A DNA stretch of 41,699 bases, taken from an uncultured Oscillospiraceae bacterium. GTDB taxonomy: Bacteria; Bacillota; Clostridia; Christensenellales; CAG-138. Each line of letters opens with the position of its first letter. Positions within the stretch are counted from its first letter, which is position 1. This document shows positions 27,962 to 37,282 of the stretch, piece by piece. The notes under the pieces were generated by a model, which saw nothing but the letters and a program-made list of their open reading frames with translations, was not told the origin of the DNA and did not search any database. The DNA is taken from NCBI GenBank assembly GCA_964489575.1, contig CAZAZI010000001.1, positions 1-41,699 on the forward strand, given 5' to 3'. The position numbers and the translations under genes are program-made.

Positions 27962-29239
27962 TTAGCCTTTTCGATCGCATATATAGCGATACAGCTGCAG
28001 CAGCGCGTCCGGGCTTCCAAACCCGCCCGATTTTGTAGCCAGCAAGCAGGGCCGGGCGCCTGTGATCCTGCCCGCAGCCACGCCGCGAAGGGGCTCGTCT
28101 TCCAGTTCGATAGAACCGACGCCCAACTGTTCCAGCACAACGTTGGCCACATCGCCGCCGGAAACGATCAGCCCGCCTACAGGCAGCAGCTGTTGGAGCC
28201 GCTCCACCAGCGCCGCGATGGCCGCGGCGATGGAGCCGTTCACCGCATCCTGGTAAAACAAGGCGGCGGTGCCGCTTTTCGATCCGTCGAAAATGCGATC
28301 CGTGGTGATCAATACGCCCCGTTGGATGCGGCCCTGCCGCGCGTCCTCCTCGATTTGGGCGGTCAACCGCCGGACTTGCTCTTCCATGGCGCCATGCTCC
28401 AGATTTTGCGTTGATATGCGATAGCAGACGAATTCGGGCGATCGTTTCAGCGCTTGCACCTGGTCGATGGTGGCCGGATGCCGCGAGCCGATGGCCACCA
28501 GCACATGGTCTCCCTCGGCCAGCCCACCTGCGCGCGCCCCATTCTCTTTGGCTTGCCCGCAGCTGTCCGGCCATATCTGCTGCAAGTAGGGGATCCACCC
28601 GGCGCTGCCCACAGGCAGGCATCGAGGCCCGAAATAGGCCGCCACCTGGGCGATCACCTGAAAATCGCTTTCCTCACAGGTATCCGCCAGCAGGATTGTG
28701 GCCCCTTCCCGCACCTTTTTGCCGATCTGCTCGATCACGGCCTGCACGCCGCGCTTTACGGCGGAGATGGGGATCACGGCGCAGCTTCTTTGCGTTGTGG
28801 CGCAGATGGCCTCCGTCGCGTCCACATACTTAGGCGTATCGCCGCAAACGTCGATTCGTAGGATACCGCCCTGCAAGGTGCGCCCCGTTTCCAGGAAGGC
28901 GGGCGCGACCAAGGCGAATTCCGCAGGCAGCTGCTTGAGACAGGCGTCTATTTCCCTTCCAATGTTTCCCCGCAATACAGAATCGATCTTTTTATAGAAA
29001 TGCTGCACGCCTGCCTTTTGCAGGGAAGCGAGCACATCGGCCACGATGGCTTCGCTTTGCTCCGGCGCAACGCTTCTGGTGTTGGTATTGACTGCGATTG
29101 TGGGGGATGTATCCCCCTTGAGGCCGCCGCATTCCCGTCCGTTGACGGCTACGGTAACGCTGCAGCCCAGCTTTTTTAACTTTATGCCCGCGTCGCAGGC
29201 CCCTGTAAGGTCATCAGCAATGATTGCCATTCCGATCAT
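27962..29239 (-). CDS. four-carbon acid-sugar kinase family protein (DUF1537; OtnK/DtnK/DenK family)
   Basis: N-terminal IIADDLTGACDAG motif, about 425 aa, and immediately adjacent to a PdxA-family gene. The start could be Met 4 (29230). Confidence 0.8.
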   Translation of the reverse strand: MIGMAIIADDLTGACDAGIKLKKLGCSVTVAVNGRECGGLKGDTSPTIAVNTNTRSVAPEQSEAIVADVLASLQKAGVQHFYKKIDSVLRGNIGREIDACLKQLPAEFALVAPAFLETGRTLQGGILRIDVCGDTPKYVDATEAICATTQRSCAVIPISAVKRGVQAVIEQIGKKVREGATILLADTCEESDFQVIAQVAAYFGPRCLPVGSAGWIPYLQQIWPDSCGQAKENGARAGGLAEGDHVLVAIGSRHPATIDQVQALKRSPEFVCYRISTQNLEHGAMEEQVRRLTAQIEEDARQGRIQRGVLITTDRIFDGSKSGTAALFYQDAVNGSIAAAIAALVERLQQLLPVGGLIVSGGDVANVVLEQLGVGSIELEDEPLRGVAAGRITGARPCLLATKSGGFGSPDALLQLYRYICDRKG

Positions 29240-29262
29240 ATGCGTGCACCGCTCTTTTCGAA

Positions 29263-30240
29263 TTATTTCTCCTGCCAGCGTGGATGGTTATAGCAGTCCG
29301 GGTTGGCAACATGGGGCCACCTTTCGCCCCGAAGCACAGCCAGCGTCCCCTCGGCGGCCATCACGACCAGCTTGGAAACCGTCTCCCGGGTCTGCGCGGC
29401 CATATGGGGCGTTAAAACCACATTGTCCAGCGCCATCAATGGGTGGCCCGCCGGCATGGGCTCTTGCGTCAGCACATCCAGCCCCGCGCCGGCAATCCTG
29501 CCCGCCTGCAAGCAGCGGATCATCGCCTCTTCATCCACGATGTCGCCCCGGGCGGCGTTGAGCAGATAGGCCGTGGGTTTCATCGCGGCAAATTGGCTTT
29601 CGGAAAACATCTTGCGCGTGGCCGGCAGGGAGGGCATGTGGAGCGAAATATAATCCCCGGCGGCGATGGCCGCGAGCATATCGTCAAAGTAGCGGTAACC
29701 CTGCGCCTCCGCCGCTTCGCGCTGGACGAAGGGGTCGTATACACCCACCTGCATGCCAAGGGCCGCGCACATCTGCGCCACCAGCTTGCCGATATGCCCA
29801 AAGCCCAGGATCACCACGCTCTTGCCCAGGATATCCACGGCCGCGTATTTGTTGCGGATATTAAAATTGCCCTTCCTGGTCTCCACTACGCTTTGCACGG
29901 TGTTCTTGCTTAGGGCAAAAAGCATGGAAAGGGTGTGCTCCGCCACGGCCTGCGCATTGGCGGAAGGGCATAACACCACGGGAATGCCCCGCTGGGTTGC
30001 CGCTTCCACATCCACATTGTCGTAGCCCACGCCGGGGCGGGTAATCACCTTGAGGTTTTTGCAGGCTTCTATGGCTTTTCTATCGATCTTGCCAATCCTA
30101 AGGATAAACGCGTCCGCATCCGCAAGCTGATCCATGATCTCATCCGAATTGCCGTTGTTGGGGATGATGAGTTCCGCCTTGCCTTCAAGAAGGGCCATGC
30201 CGTCTTCATAGAGCGGATGGGAGATGACGATCTTATGCAT
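29263..30240 (-). CDS. D-isomer-specific 2-hydroxyacid dehydrogenase family protein (paralog B)
   Basis: GGAGGCAAGCAGC precedes ATG 30240, with an 8-nt overlap with the pdxA-family stop. GFGHIGK, NAARGDIVDE, TPHMAA. The track ORF's 44-codon N-terminal extension overlaps pdxA and is Arg/Ala-rich. Confidence 0.9.
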   Translation of the reverse strand: MHKIVISHPLYEDGMALLEGKAELIIPNNGNSDEIMDQLADADAFILRIGKIDRKAIEACKNLKVITRPGVGYDNVDVEAATQRGIPVVLCPSANAQAVAEHTLSMLFALSKNTVQSVVETRKGNFNIRNKYAAVDILGKSVVILGFGHIGKLVAQMCAALGMQVGVYDPFVQREAAEAQGYRYFDDMLAAIAAGDYISLHMPSLPATRKMFSESQFAAMKPTAYLLNAARGDIVDEEAMIRCLQAGRIAGAGLDVLTQEPMPAGHPLMALDNVVLTPHMAAQTRETVSKLVVMAAEGTLAVLRGERWPHVANPDCYNHPRWQEK

Positions 30241-31312
30241 GCTGCTTGCCTCCGGTTTCCTGCTCCGCCTTCTTCTGGCGCGCAACGGCCATTTTGACCC
30301 CGTAGCCAATGGCGTTGAGCAGGCTGTCCGCCGAGGCCGTGCCCTTGCCCGCTTTGCCAAAGGCCGTGCCATGATCTACGGAAACGCGGATGATGGGCAG
30401 GCCCAGGGTGATGTTTACGCCCTGCACGGAATTCCACTGCTTTTTGCTTTCATCGTAAACGAAGCCCGTTACCTTGAGCGGGATATGCCCCTGGTCGTGA
30501 TACATCACCACGGCGATATCATACATGCCGCCACGGGCCTTGCTAAAGAGTGTATCCGGCGGGATAGGGCCGTCCACACAGAGGCCCTCCGCCTGGGCCA
30601 TGCGGATCGCCGGCTCGATCTCTTCGATCTCTTCCCTGCCGAACATGCCGTTTTCGCCCGCGTGAGGATTGAGCCCGGCCACGGCGATGCGCGGCTTTTC
30701 AATGCCCAGGGCCTCGCAGGCGTCCTGCGCGATATGGATGCAGGTATATACCCGCTCCTTCTTAACAAGGTCGCAGGCTTCCCTTAGGGATACGTGGGTG
30801 GACACATGGACGACCCGCAGCTTTTCATCCGCCAGCATCATGGCATAATCCGATGTGCCGGTGAACTCTGCGTAAATCTCCGTATGCCCGCTGTAATGAT
30901 AGCCCGCCAGGTTCAGCGCCTCTTTGTTGAGGGGGCCGGTGATGGTGGCGTCGATCTTATTGGCCATCGCCAGGTCGATTACCGTACGCACGCCGTCAAA
31001 GGCCGCTTTGCCGCCCAATGCCGTAACCTTGCCATAAGGGATGGCGTCCACATCATCGCAGTCCAGGGGCACGCGGTATACGTCGATCGTCCCATATGTG
31101 AACTTCGCGTCCTTTATATCATCCACCGGATTCAGCCGCAGGTTTTCAGCCTGAACCGCCTTCATGGCGCGGCGGACGACGCGCTCGTCTCCGATGAGAA
31201 CAGGACGGCAAGTTTGGTAGGTGTGCGCTTCCTTCAACGCCTTTACGGCAATCTCCGGCCCTATCCCGCACACATCACCCATCGTTATTCCCAAAATAGG
31301 AAGCTGTTTCAT
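30233..31312 (-). CDS. pdxA: PdxA-family NAD-dependent 4-phospho-hydroxyacid dehydrogenase (PdxA2-like)
   Basis: AAGGGGGA RBS. ITMGDVCGIGPEI, GHTEIYA, HVSTHVSL, NPHAGENG. Confidence 0.85.
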   Translation of the reverse strand: MKQLPILGITMGDVCGIGPEIAVKALKEAHTYQTCRPVLIGDERVVRRAMKAVQAENLRLNPVDDIKDAKFTYGTIDVYRVPLDCDDVDAIPYGKVTALGGKAAFDGVRTVIDLAMANKIDATITGPLNKEALNLAGYHYSGHTEIYAEFTGTSDYAMMLADEKLRVVHVSTHVSLREACDLVKKERVYTCIHIAQDACEALGIEKPRIAVAGLNPHAGENGMFGREEIEEIEPAIRMAQAEGLCVDGPIPPDTLFSKARGGMYDIAVVMYHDQGHIPLKVTGFVYDESKKQWNSVQGVNITLGLPIIRVSVDHGTAFGKAGKGTASADSLLNAIGYGVKMAVARQKKAEQETGGKQHA

Positions 31313-31364
31313 GATTCCCCCTTATGTATGTGTCAAACTGAAACGAATTGCTTTTGATAATGTT

Positions 31365-31393
31365 ATTATATTATTAAAGGCATATATAGTCAA
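31365..31393 (-). promoter_or_regulatory. sigma-A type promoter of the 12-gene catabolic operon
   Basis: On the minus strand: TTGACT (31393-31388), 17-nt spacer, TATAAT (31370-31365). About 45 nt upstream of the pdxA-family start. Confidence 0.55.
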
Positions 31394-31408
31394 GAAGAAA
31401 TTGGCGAA

Positions 31409-31455
31409 TAAAAAACAAAAAATGCACACGGCGTTTCATATTGAACCGTGTGCAT
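31409..31455 (-). terminator. intrinsic terminator of the regulator gene
   Basis: Minus strand ATGCACACGG pairs with CCGTGTGCAT (10 bp, 14-nt loop), followed by TTTTTTGTTTTTT. Confidence 0.7.
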
Positions 31456-31475
31456 AAAACTTGTGGTGTGTTTTT

Positions 31476-33299
31476 CTAATCCTCGCTGCGATTGCTATCT
31501 AAAGGCGCGGCGCTGAGCTTGCGCCAAAGGGTGCTCCTGCCGATGCCCAGCCGGGCCGCTGTTTTGGAATAGTTGCCCTTTTCGGCTTCCAGCACCTTGC
31601 GGATGACGCGCAGGGAGATATCTTCCAGCGTACCTTCCAGGGAGATATCGCCGCCGGGCTCCTCCGTCTCCCGGGCCCGGATCACCGTTTCCACCTCTCC
31701 CAGGCTGATTACGGAGCGCTTTGCCAGCAGCACCATCTGGTTCAGGGCCTGCCGCAGGCCATAGAAATTATCCTTCCACTGATGCCGCAGGATAAAATCC
31801 ATGCCGGCTTCCTCAATTCCAGTGATCTGCTTTCCATATTTGGTGTTGGCTTCGATGATATAAAGGTTCACCACCTTGCGGATATCCCGCGGCGTCTGCT
31901 CCAAGCGGGGGATAAAAAGGCGAAGGGCGGAAAAATAGAAGAAGAGATCCTCGCTGAATTTGCCTTGCCGGGCCAACTCCGCGATATTTTCCGTGCTGGT
32001 GGCGATGAAGCGCCACGAGCCGCTATCCAGGCGCCGGATGGCGCACAGCAGCTCTTCCTGGGCCTGGGGCGGCAGGCTCTCCACGGATTCCAGGCAGCAG
32101 GTTGCGCCCGTAAGATCCAGCGAACCCTCGCCATTGCGGCAAAACCGCTCTATCACATGGGCGGGGTTGACGGCGCGGCAGTTGACCACCACAAAGGGCG
32201 TATTCCACCTGCTGGAAAAGCGGTGGATGGAGGCCGCCAAGTCCGCTTTACCCACGCCGATATCGCCGATGATCAGGATAGGCTGGTCGGAGTAGCAAAA
32301 GGAGGTGGCGACCTCGATGGTTTCCTCATCATAAACGCCGCTCTGCTGAAAAAGATCCGCGATGCTGCCAGCCTGCATTTTATAATTGCGCACGGAAACC
32401 CCCGTGGGGATATCCGTACCGGTGCAGTCGCAGGAGGAAACATAGAGCACGAAGTAGGCCTCCTCTCTCTCGGTCAACGCGTCGTGCGCATCGGCGCAGA
32501 TCTGGCGCACGGTAATGCGCAGAAAACTTTTCTCCCGCTGGATCAACACGTTGTGCGGCTTTAGGCTGCTGAGGTTGCCGATATATCCGGCCAGTTCGTC
32601 CGGGCTCAGGCGCAGCGCCCGATAGGTTTCGTTTTCGCAAACCGGCCTGCCTTGCCGGTCCAGCACGGCAATGCCGTCGTCGCTCTGATCCATGGCCTTG
32701 TTGGCGAGGTTGAGCCGCCGCCGCCAGCCCCATATGATCTTCATGGTGCTGACCGCGCGCTCCAGCGCGTCGATCACGCTTTCCTCGCCGGAAGTCAGAA
32801 GCATGTCGCTCATCGCCAGCTCACGCGCCACGTTGCACACGGCCACATCGCCGATGATTAGCCCGTAGCCCTGCGCGTTCAGGCGGCGCAGCAAGGGCTC
32901 GATCTCCTCCAGCACTTGGATGGTGATGATGTTGATATCGGTTTGCAGCAGGTCATTGGCGCTCTGTGCTCTTTGCGTGATATACGGGAAGCCGATGAAC
33001 GCCTTAAGGCCCGTGATATTGCCGGCCAGCTTGATGGTACGCATGAAATCATAGCCCGACACATCGATATTGATAACCGGAATGCTGAGGTTTCCCTGTA
33101 GCAGCGCCGAGGTGCCGCCGCGGGAAACGACCAGGTCGTAGCCCTGCTTTTGCGCTTCCAAGGCAATCGCCAGCCCTTGCGCGAGGTTGCCCACCACCGT
33201 GTTGATCTCCAGGATCTCCCGGTAGTTTTCGGCGGCCGTATTGATCGCTTCCCGCAAGCCCTCATATGGAGCGATGCCCAATGCCCTAATCTTTCGCAT
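31476..33299 (-). CDS. PrpR-type transcriptional regulator (PrpR_N - PAS-like - degenerate AAA+ - Fis-type HTH)
   Basis: AGGA lies 8 nt before ATG 33299. N-terminus ...LVVSRGGTSALL...IPVINIDVSGYD is PrpR_N-like. AAA+ remnants are GDIGVGKAD (Walker A) and CCLESV (Walker B). The C-terminal HTH is NYSKTAARLGIGRSTLWRKL. No GAFTGA motif. Confidence 0.8.
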   Translation of the reverse strand: MRKIRALGIAPYEGLREAINTAAENYREILEINTVVGNLAQGLAIALEAQKQGYDLVVSRGGTSALLQGNLSIPVINIDVSGYDFMRTIKLAGNITGLKAFIGFPYITQRAQSANDLLQTDINIITIQVLEEIEPLLRRLNAQGYGLIIGDVAVCNVARELAMSDMLLTSGEESVIDALERAVSTMKIIWGWRRRLNLANKAMDQSDDGIAVLDRQGRPVCENETYRALRLSPDELAGYIGNLSSLKPHNVLIQREKSFLRITVRQICADAHDALTEREEAYFVLYVSSCDCTGTDIPTGVSVRNYKMQAGSIADLFQQSGVYDEETIEVATSFCYSDQPILIIGDIGVGKADLAASIHRFSSRWNTPFVVVNCRAVNPAHVIERFCRNGEGSLDLTGATCCLESVESLPPQAQEELLCAIRRLDSGSWRFIATSTENIAELARQGKFSEDLFFYFSALRLFIPRLEQTPRDIRKVVNLYIIEANTKYGKQITGIEEAGMDFILRHQWKDNFYGLRQALNQMVLLAKRSVISLGEVETVIRARETEEPGGDISLEGTLEDISLRVIRKVLEAEKGNYSKTAARLGIGRSTLWRKLSAAPLDSNRSED

Positions 33300-33431
33300 A
33301 ACGCACATCCTATTCAGCCAGATTGTTTCTATTTGAAACGTATACTGTTATTCTATACGCTGCTCAACCAAATTACAAGCTATTTTTGGCAATATAAATT
33401 GATGTTTGATACATTCTGACACCGCGCAAGA

Positions 33432-33460
33432 TTGACAGCCTCTTTGCGCTCCCGTATAAT
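33432..33460 (+). promoter_or_regulatory. consensus sigma-A promoter for the AEC permease gene
   Basis: TTGACA (33432-33437), 17-nt spacer, TATAAT (33455-33460). Confidence 0.6.
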
Positions 33461-33497
33461 GCATGGATAAGAAGGAATGAAAGTATAAGGTAAAGAG

Positions 33498-34436
33498 ATG
33501 GAAAACTTACAGCTGTGTTTCAGGGCTATCGCGCCCCTGCTTATTCTGATGCTTTTAGGTTACGCTCTGAAACGGCTTAAGATCGTCACCGACGATGGGT
33601 TTCACGCGCTGGACGGCCTGTGTTTCAAGATCGTCATCCCCATCATGTTGTTTTATAATATATATACCGCCGATTTATCCGCAGGCTTTCAACCCAAGGC
33701 CATCCTGTTTATGGAATGCGGTTTGATTCTAACCTGCCTCGTTTCTTTTCTCATCGTGCCCCGCCGCTATAAAAATGCGGATGACGCCATCACCATTATC
33801 CACGCCCTGTGCCATGGCAACCTCGCCGTGCTGGGCCTGCCGTTGATCGCGAACCTATTCGGAGAATCCAACATGGCGATCTATTCCATTATGGTTGCCT
33901 GCGTATCCCCGGTCATCAACCCCATGATGGTGTTCGAGCATGAATACTACGCCGGCCACCGCGTATCGCCGGCCGCGCTTATAAAGAACATCTTTTCTTC
34001 GCCTTTCCTGCTTGGCACGCTGCTAGGCCTCCTGTTCAAGCTGCTGCATATCAGCCTGCCGGATATCGTATTCTCGAGCGTCGCAAGCGTTCGCGGCATG
34101 GCGACGCCCCTGTGCTTGATCGCTCTGGGCGGTTCATTCTATTTCACGGATATTGCCCGCTATAAAAAAGAGGTTTTCCTCACCGTGTTTCTGCGCTGCG
34201 CCGCCATCCCCGCGGCAATCCTCTCCCTGGCCGTGCTGCTCGGGTTCCGTGGCATCGTCCTCGCTTCGCTGCTGGTCGTTTTCGCCTCCCCCAGCGCAAC
34301 GGCCACCTATTCGTTTTGCTCCGCCTATTCCGGCAACGCCACCCTGGCGGCCCAGATCGTGGTTTACAGCTCCCTTGTTTCCATTTTCACGCTGTTCCTC
34401 TGGCTGTTCGCGTTCTTACAGCTTGGTTTCATTTGA
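33498..34436 (+). CDS. AEC (auxin efflux carrier / malate-malonate permease-like) family transporter
   Basis: About 10 TM segments. N-terminus MENLQLCFRAIAPLLILMLLGYALKR and 312 aa length are typical of the AEC family. Confidence 0.8.
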   Translation: MENLQLCFRAIAPLLILMLLGYALKRLKIVTDDGFHALDGLCFKIVIPIMLFYNIYTADLSAGFQPKAILFMECGLILTCLVSFLIVPRRYKNADDAITIIHALCHGNLAVLGLPLIANLFGESNMAIYSIMVACVSPVINPMMVFEHEYYAGHRVSPAALIKNIFSSPFLLGTLLGLLFKLLHISLPDIVFSSVASVRGMATPLCLIALGGSFYFTDIARYKKEVFLTVFLRCAAIPAAILSLAVLLGFRGIVLASLLVVFASPSATATYSFCSAYSGNATLAAQIVVYSSLVSIFTLFLWLFAFLQLGFI

Positions 34437-34460
34437 CCTTCGTTCCGTTATCCGCATGCA

Positions 34461-34495
34461 AAAACCACCGGCAGCTGAACGGAACCGGTGGTTTT
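34461..34495. terminator. bidirectional intrinsic terminator between the AEC gene and modC
   Basis: AAAACCACCGG (34461-34471) pairs with CCGGTGGTTTT (34485-34495). Confidence 0.7.
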
Positions 34496-34498
34496 GAT

Positions 34499-35560
34499 CT
34501 ACGCCCTCTCCCGCAAGAGCAGCACATCCTGCGGGGCGATGGAGACGGCCATCTCCTTCTGCCCATGCCAATCCGCTTTGGGAATCTCCACGCGCAGCAA
34601 CGGCGCATCCGCATCCGCCCCGCGCACGCGCAGCAGCAGAATCATGGCGAATACATCTTCAATGGCCTGGGCTACCTCGCAGGCAAGGCGGTTGGCATCA
34701 CCAAATTGGGCCGGGCGCAGGCTGTGCACCCGAAGGCCTGCCCAGGCGATATCCGCCGGCACGGGCCGCCCGGCCTCCAGCGCGGCGTTCCACTCGGGCA
34801 GGAATATGGCGGCCGGCGTTGGCCCAGCCTGCGCCCGGGCGAAATTCTTGCAGCCCGAGAGCCGGGCCGCGCCCAAGGTGCGCGGATCGGCAAAGAGATC
34901 GTGCTTATCCCGGGGCGGCTCGGTTTTGCCCTGCTCCATGATGCAAAGCCGCTCGCAATTGCGGTATATCTCATCCCGGTCATGGGAGACCCAAAGGCAT
35001 GGCCCCTTAAAGGCGGCCAACGCCCGCCGCAGCTCCTGCTCCAGTTGCCATTTGAGGTAGCTATCGAGGGCCGTGAAGGGCTCATCCAACAAAACGGCCG
35101 CAGGTTCCCCGGCCAAGATGCGGGCCAGGGCTACCCGCTGCTGCTGCCCGCCCGATAGCTGGTGCGGGCGCTTCGTCTCCATGCCCGCAAGGCGCAGCTT
35201 GACAACCATCTCTTCCACGATCCGCTTTCGTTCCGCTCTGGGCTTATCGTGAGCCCCGGCGGCGATATTCTGCGCCACGCTCATGTTGGGGAAGAGGGCG
35301 AACTGCTGAAAGAGATAGCCTACCCGGCGCTTTTGCGGCGGCAGGTCGATGCCTTTGGCGCTGTCGAACAGCACCTGGCCATCCAGCTCAATCCGGCCTT
35401 CATCCGGCCTTTCGATGCCGGCGATGCATTTGAGCGTCATGCTTTTGCCGCAGCCCGAAGCGCCCAGCAAGGCCAGAACCTCGCCGGCCTCCGCTTCGAA
35501 ATCGGATTCCAGGCGGAATCTCCCCAGGGTCTTTTTGATATGTACGCAAAGGGCCGTCAT
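34499..35560 (-). CDS. modC: molybdate ABC transporter ATP-binding protein with C-terminal TOBE-like domain
   Basis: GASGCGKSM, LSGGQQQRVALARIL, LLDEPFTALD. A roughly 120-aa C-terminal extension. Position after modA and modB. Confidence 0.85.
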   Translation of the reverse strand: MTALCVHIKKTLGRFRLESDFEAEAGEVLALLGASGCGKSMTLKCIAGIERPDEGRIELDGQVLFDSAKGIDLPPQKRRVGYLFQQFALFPNMSVAQNIAAGAHDKPRAERKRIVEEMVVKLRLAGMETKRPHQLSGGQQQRVALARILAGEPAAVLLDEPFTALDSYLKWQLEQELRRALAAFKGPCLWVSHDRDEIYRNCERLCIMEQGKTEPPRDKHDLFADPRTLGAARLSGCKNFARAQAGPTPAAIFLPEWNAALEAGRPVPADIAWAGLRVHSLRPAQFGDANRLACEVAQAIEDVFAMILLLRVRGADADAPLLRVEIPKADWHGQKEMAVSIAPQDVLLLRERA

Positions 35561-36231
35561 AAGGCGCGCCCTCCCGGCCTGTCCTTCTTTTCCAGCATGT
35601 TCACGGCCATCAGCACCACAAAGGAGATGGCCAGATTGACCAGCACCCAGCGGAAGGCCAGCGCGTCGTTATCCGTGCGCCAAAGCTGGTAAACCGTGGT
35701 GGAGATGGTGGCTGTGCGGCCCGGGGTATAGCCCGCGATCATGCTGGTGGCCCCATATTCGCCCAGGGCCCGGGCAAAGGCGAGCACCGTGCCGGCCAGA
35801 ATGCCCTGGCGGCAAACGGGCATGCGCACCCGCCAGAAAATATAGCGCTCCGAAAGGCCCAATGTGCGGCCCGCCTGGGCCAGCGTTTCGTCAAAGGATT
35901 CGAACGCGCCCCGCGCCGTGCGGTACATCAGCGGGAAGGAGACAACCACCGTGGCAAAGATAGCCGACCACCAGGTCATCACCATCTTAAGGCCGAACTC
36001 CTCCAGCACCCAAGCGCCCAGCACCCGCTTGGGCCCCAGGAAGCGCAGCAACAGATACCCCACCACCGTGGGCGGCAGCACCAGGGGCAGGGTGAGAATC
36101 ACATCCAATATGCCCTTGATGACCCGGGGCGTTCTGGCGATATAATAGGCCGAGAAGATCCCCAGGAAGAAGACCGCCACGGTAGAGATGCCGGCTATGC
36201 GCAGCGAATTGTAAAGCGGAAACCAGTCCAT
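35557..36231 (-). CDS. modB: molybdate ABC transporter permease
   Basis: ATGA overlap with modC. EAA-like loop ...ETLAQAGRTLGLSERYIFWRVRMP... 224 aa. Confidence 0.9.
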   Translation of the reverse strand: MDWFPLYNSLRIAGISTVAVFFLGIFSAYYIARTPRVIKGILDVILTLPLVLPPTVVGYLLLRFLGPKRVLGAWVLEEFGLKMVMTWWSAIFATVVVSFPLMYRTARGAFESFDETLAQAGRTLGLSERYIFWRVRMPVCRQGILAGTVLAFARALGEYGATSMIAGYTPGRTATISTTVYQLWRTDNDALAFRWVLVNLAISFVVLMAVNMLEKKDRPGGRAL

Positions 36232-36317
36232 GCGTTTTTCCTTTTGTATGCCTGATCTTATTTCTTGATTTTAGGGGATTTGCACCGGCCGGTCAAGGCC
36301 GGGCTATGATTATAAAT

Positions 36318-36345
36318 GCAGGGGCCCTTTTGCAAGGGCCCCTGC
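36318..36345 (-). promoter_or_regulatory. intercistronic hairpin after modA
   Basis: GCAGGGGCCCTT pairs with AAGGGCCCCTGC (12 bp, 4-nt loop) in the 137-nt modA-modB gap. Confidence 0.55.
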
Positions 36346-36368
36346 GTCCCATCTTAATTCTAGTTCTG

Positions 36369-37244
36369 TTAGGCTGCCGGGGCGAAGCCCACGCCCTGGA
36401 ACACGGCCATGGCCTCGCCGGTTTTTAGGTAATCGAGGAAGGCCTGGGCTGCTTCGGGGTTTTTGCTGATGTTGAGCACAGCCGCCGGGTAGATCACCTG
36501 CTTGCACATATCCTTGGTGGCCAGGTCGACCACCTCAAGGCCAGCGGAGAAAGCGTCCGTCGCATAGACGATGCCGCAATCCACGGCGCCCTCGGAAACC
36601 TGGGTGGTAACCTCCTTCACGTTGGAGCCGTAGCTGATCTTCTTGCCTTTTTCCAAGCCCTCCAGGAGGCCCAGGTTGGTGAGAATCTCTTTGGAATATT
36701 GGCCCACGGGCACGTCGTCGTTGCCAAGGGCGATGCTTTCGCAATTGGCGATATCCGCAAAGGCCTTGATGTTCGCCGCGTTGCCTTCGGGCACCACCAG
36801 CGCCACCTTATTTTCCAGCAGGTTCACGCGGCTGCCCTGGAGCACGAAATCCAAACCGTCGGGGTTGGTCTCGGCATCCTTGGAGGCATCCAGCTCGTTC
36901 ATCTGCTTCTGGGCGGCGGAGATGAACAGGTCGCAATCCGCGCCTTCCTGAATCTGCGTTTTCAGGGTGCCCGAGGAATCAAAGTTATAGACCAACGTTA
37001 CTTCGGGCGCCACGGCCTTATACAGCTCGGCGATCTTTGTCATAGTTTCGGTCATGGAGGCGGCGGCGAATACCACCAACTCCACCGGCTCGGGGGCGGG
37101 TTCCTCCGTGGGCGCGGGGGCAGGCTCGACCGCCGCGGGGGCGGCGGGTTCGGGAGCGGGAGCGGGTTCTTCGGCGGGCTGCGCAGCGCAGCCGGCTGCA
37201 ACAAGCAATAGCAAAGCTACAAGGACAGATATGGCCTTTTTCAT
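36369..37244 (-). CDS. modA: molybdate-binding lipoprotein
   Basis: AAAGGAGAAAAACC RBS. Lipobox LVAAGCAA, a Pro/Ala/Glu linker, then the ModA body (VFAAASMTE..., SGTLKTQIEQGA..DLFISA). Confidence 0.9.
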   Translation of the reverse strand: MKKAISVLVALLLLVAAGCAAQPAEEPAPAPEPAAPAAVEPAPAPTEEPAPEPVELVVFAAASMTETMTKIAELYKAVAPEVTLVYNFDSSGTLKTQIQEGADCDLFISAAQKQMNELDASKDAETNPDGLDFVLQGSRVNLLENKVALVVPEGNAANIKAFADIANCESIALGNDDVPVGQYSKEILTNLGLLEGLEKGKKISYGSNVKEVTTQVSEGAVDCGIVYATDAFSAGLEVVDLATKDMCKQVIYPAAVLNISKNPEAAQAFLDYLKTGEAMAVFQGVGFAPAA

Positions 37245-37282
37245 GGTTTTTCTCCTTTATTCGTTTTATGGGGCATCTATCT

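Noticed and set aside
31313-31475. Expected sigma-54 -24/-12 promoter (TGGCAC-N5-TTGC) upstream of the catabolic operon, because the adjacent regulator is PrpR-like.
   Set aside because: I read the region on the coding strand and found no such element. A terminator and a TTGACT-17-TATAAT promoter account for the sequence.
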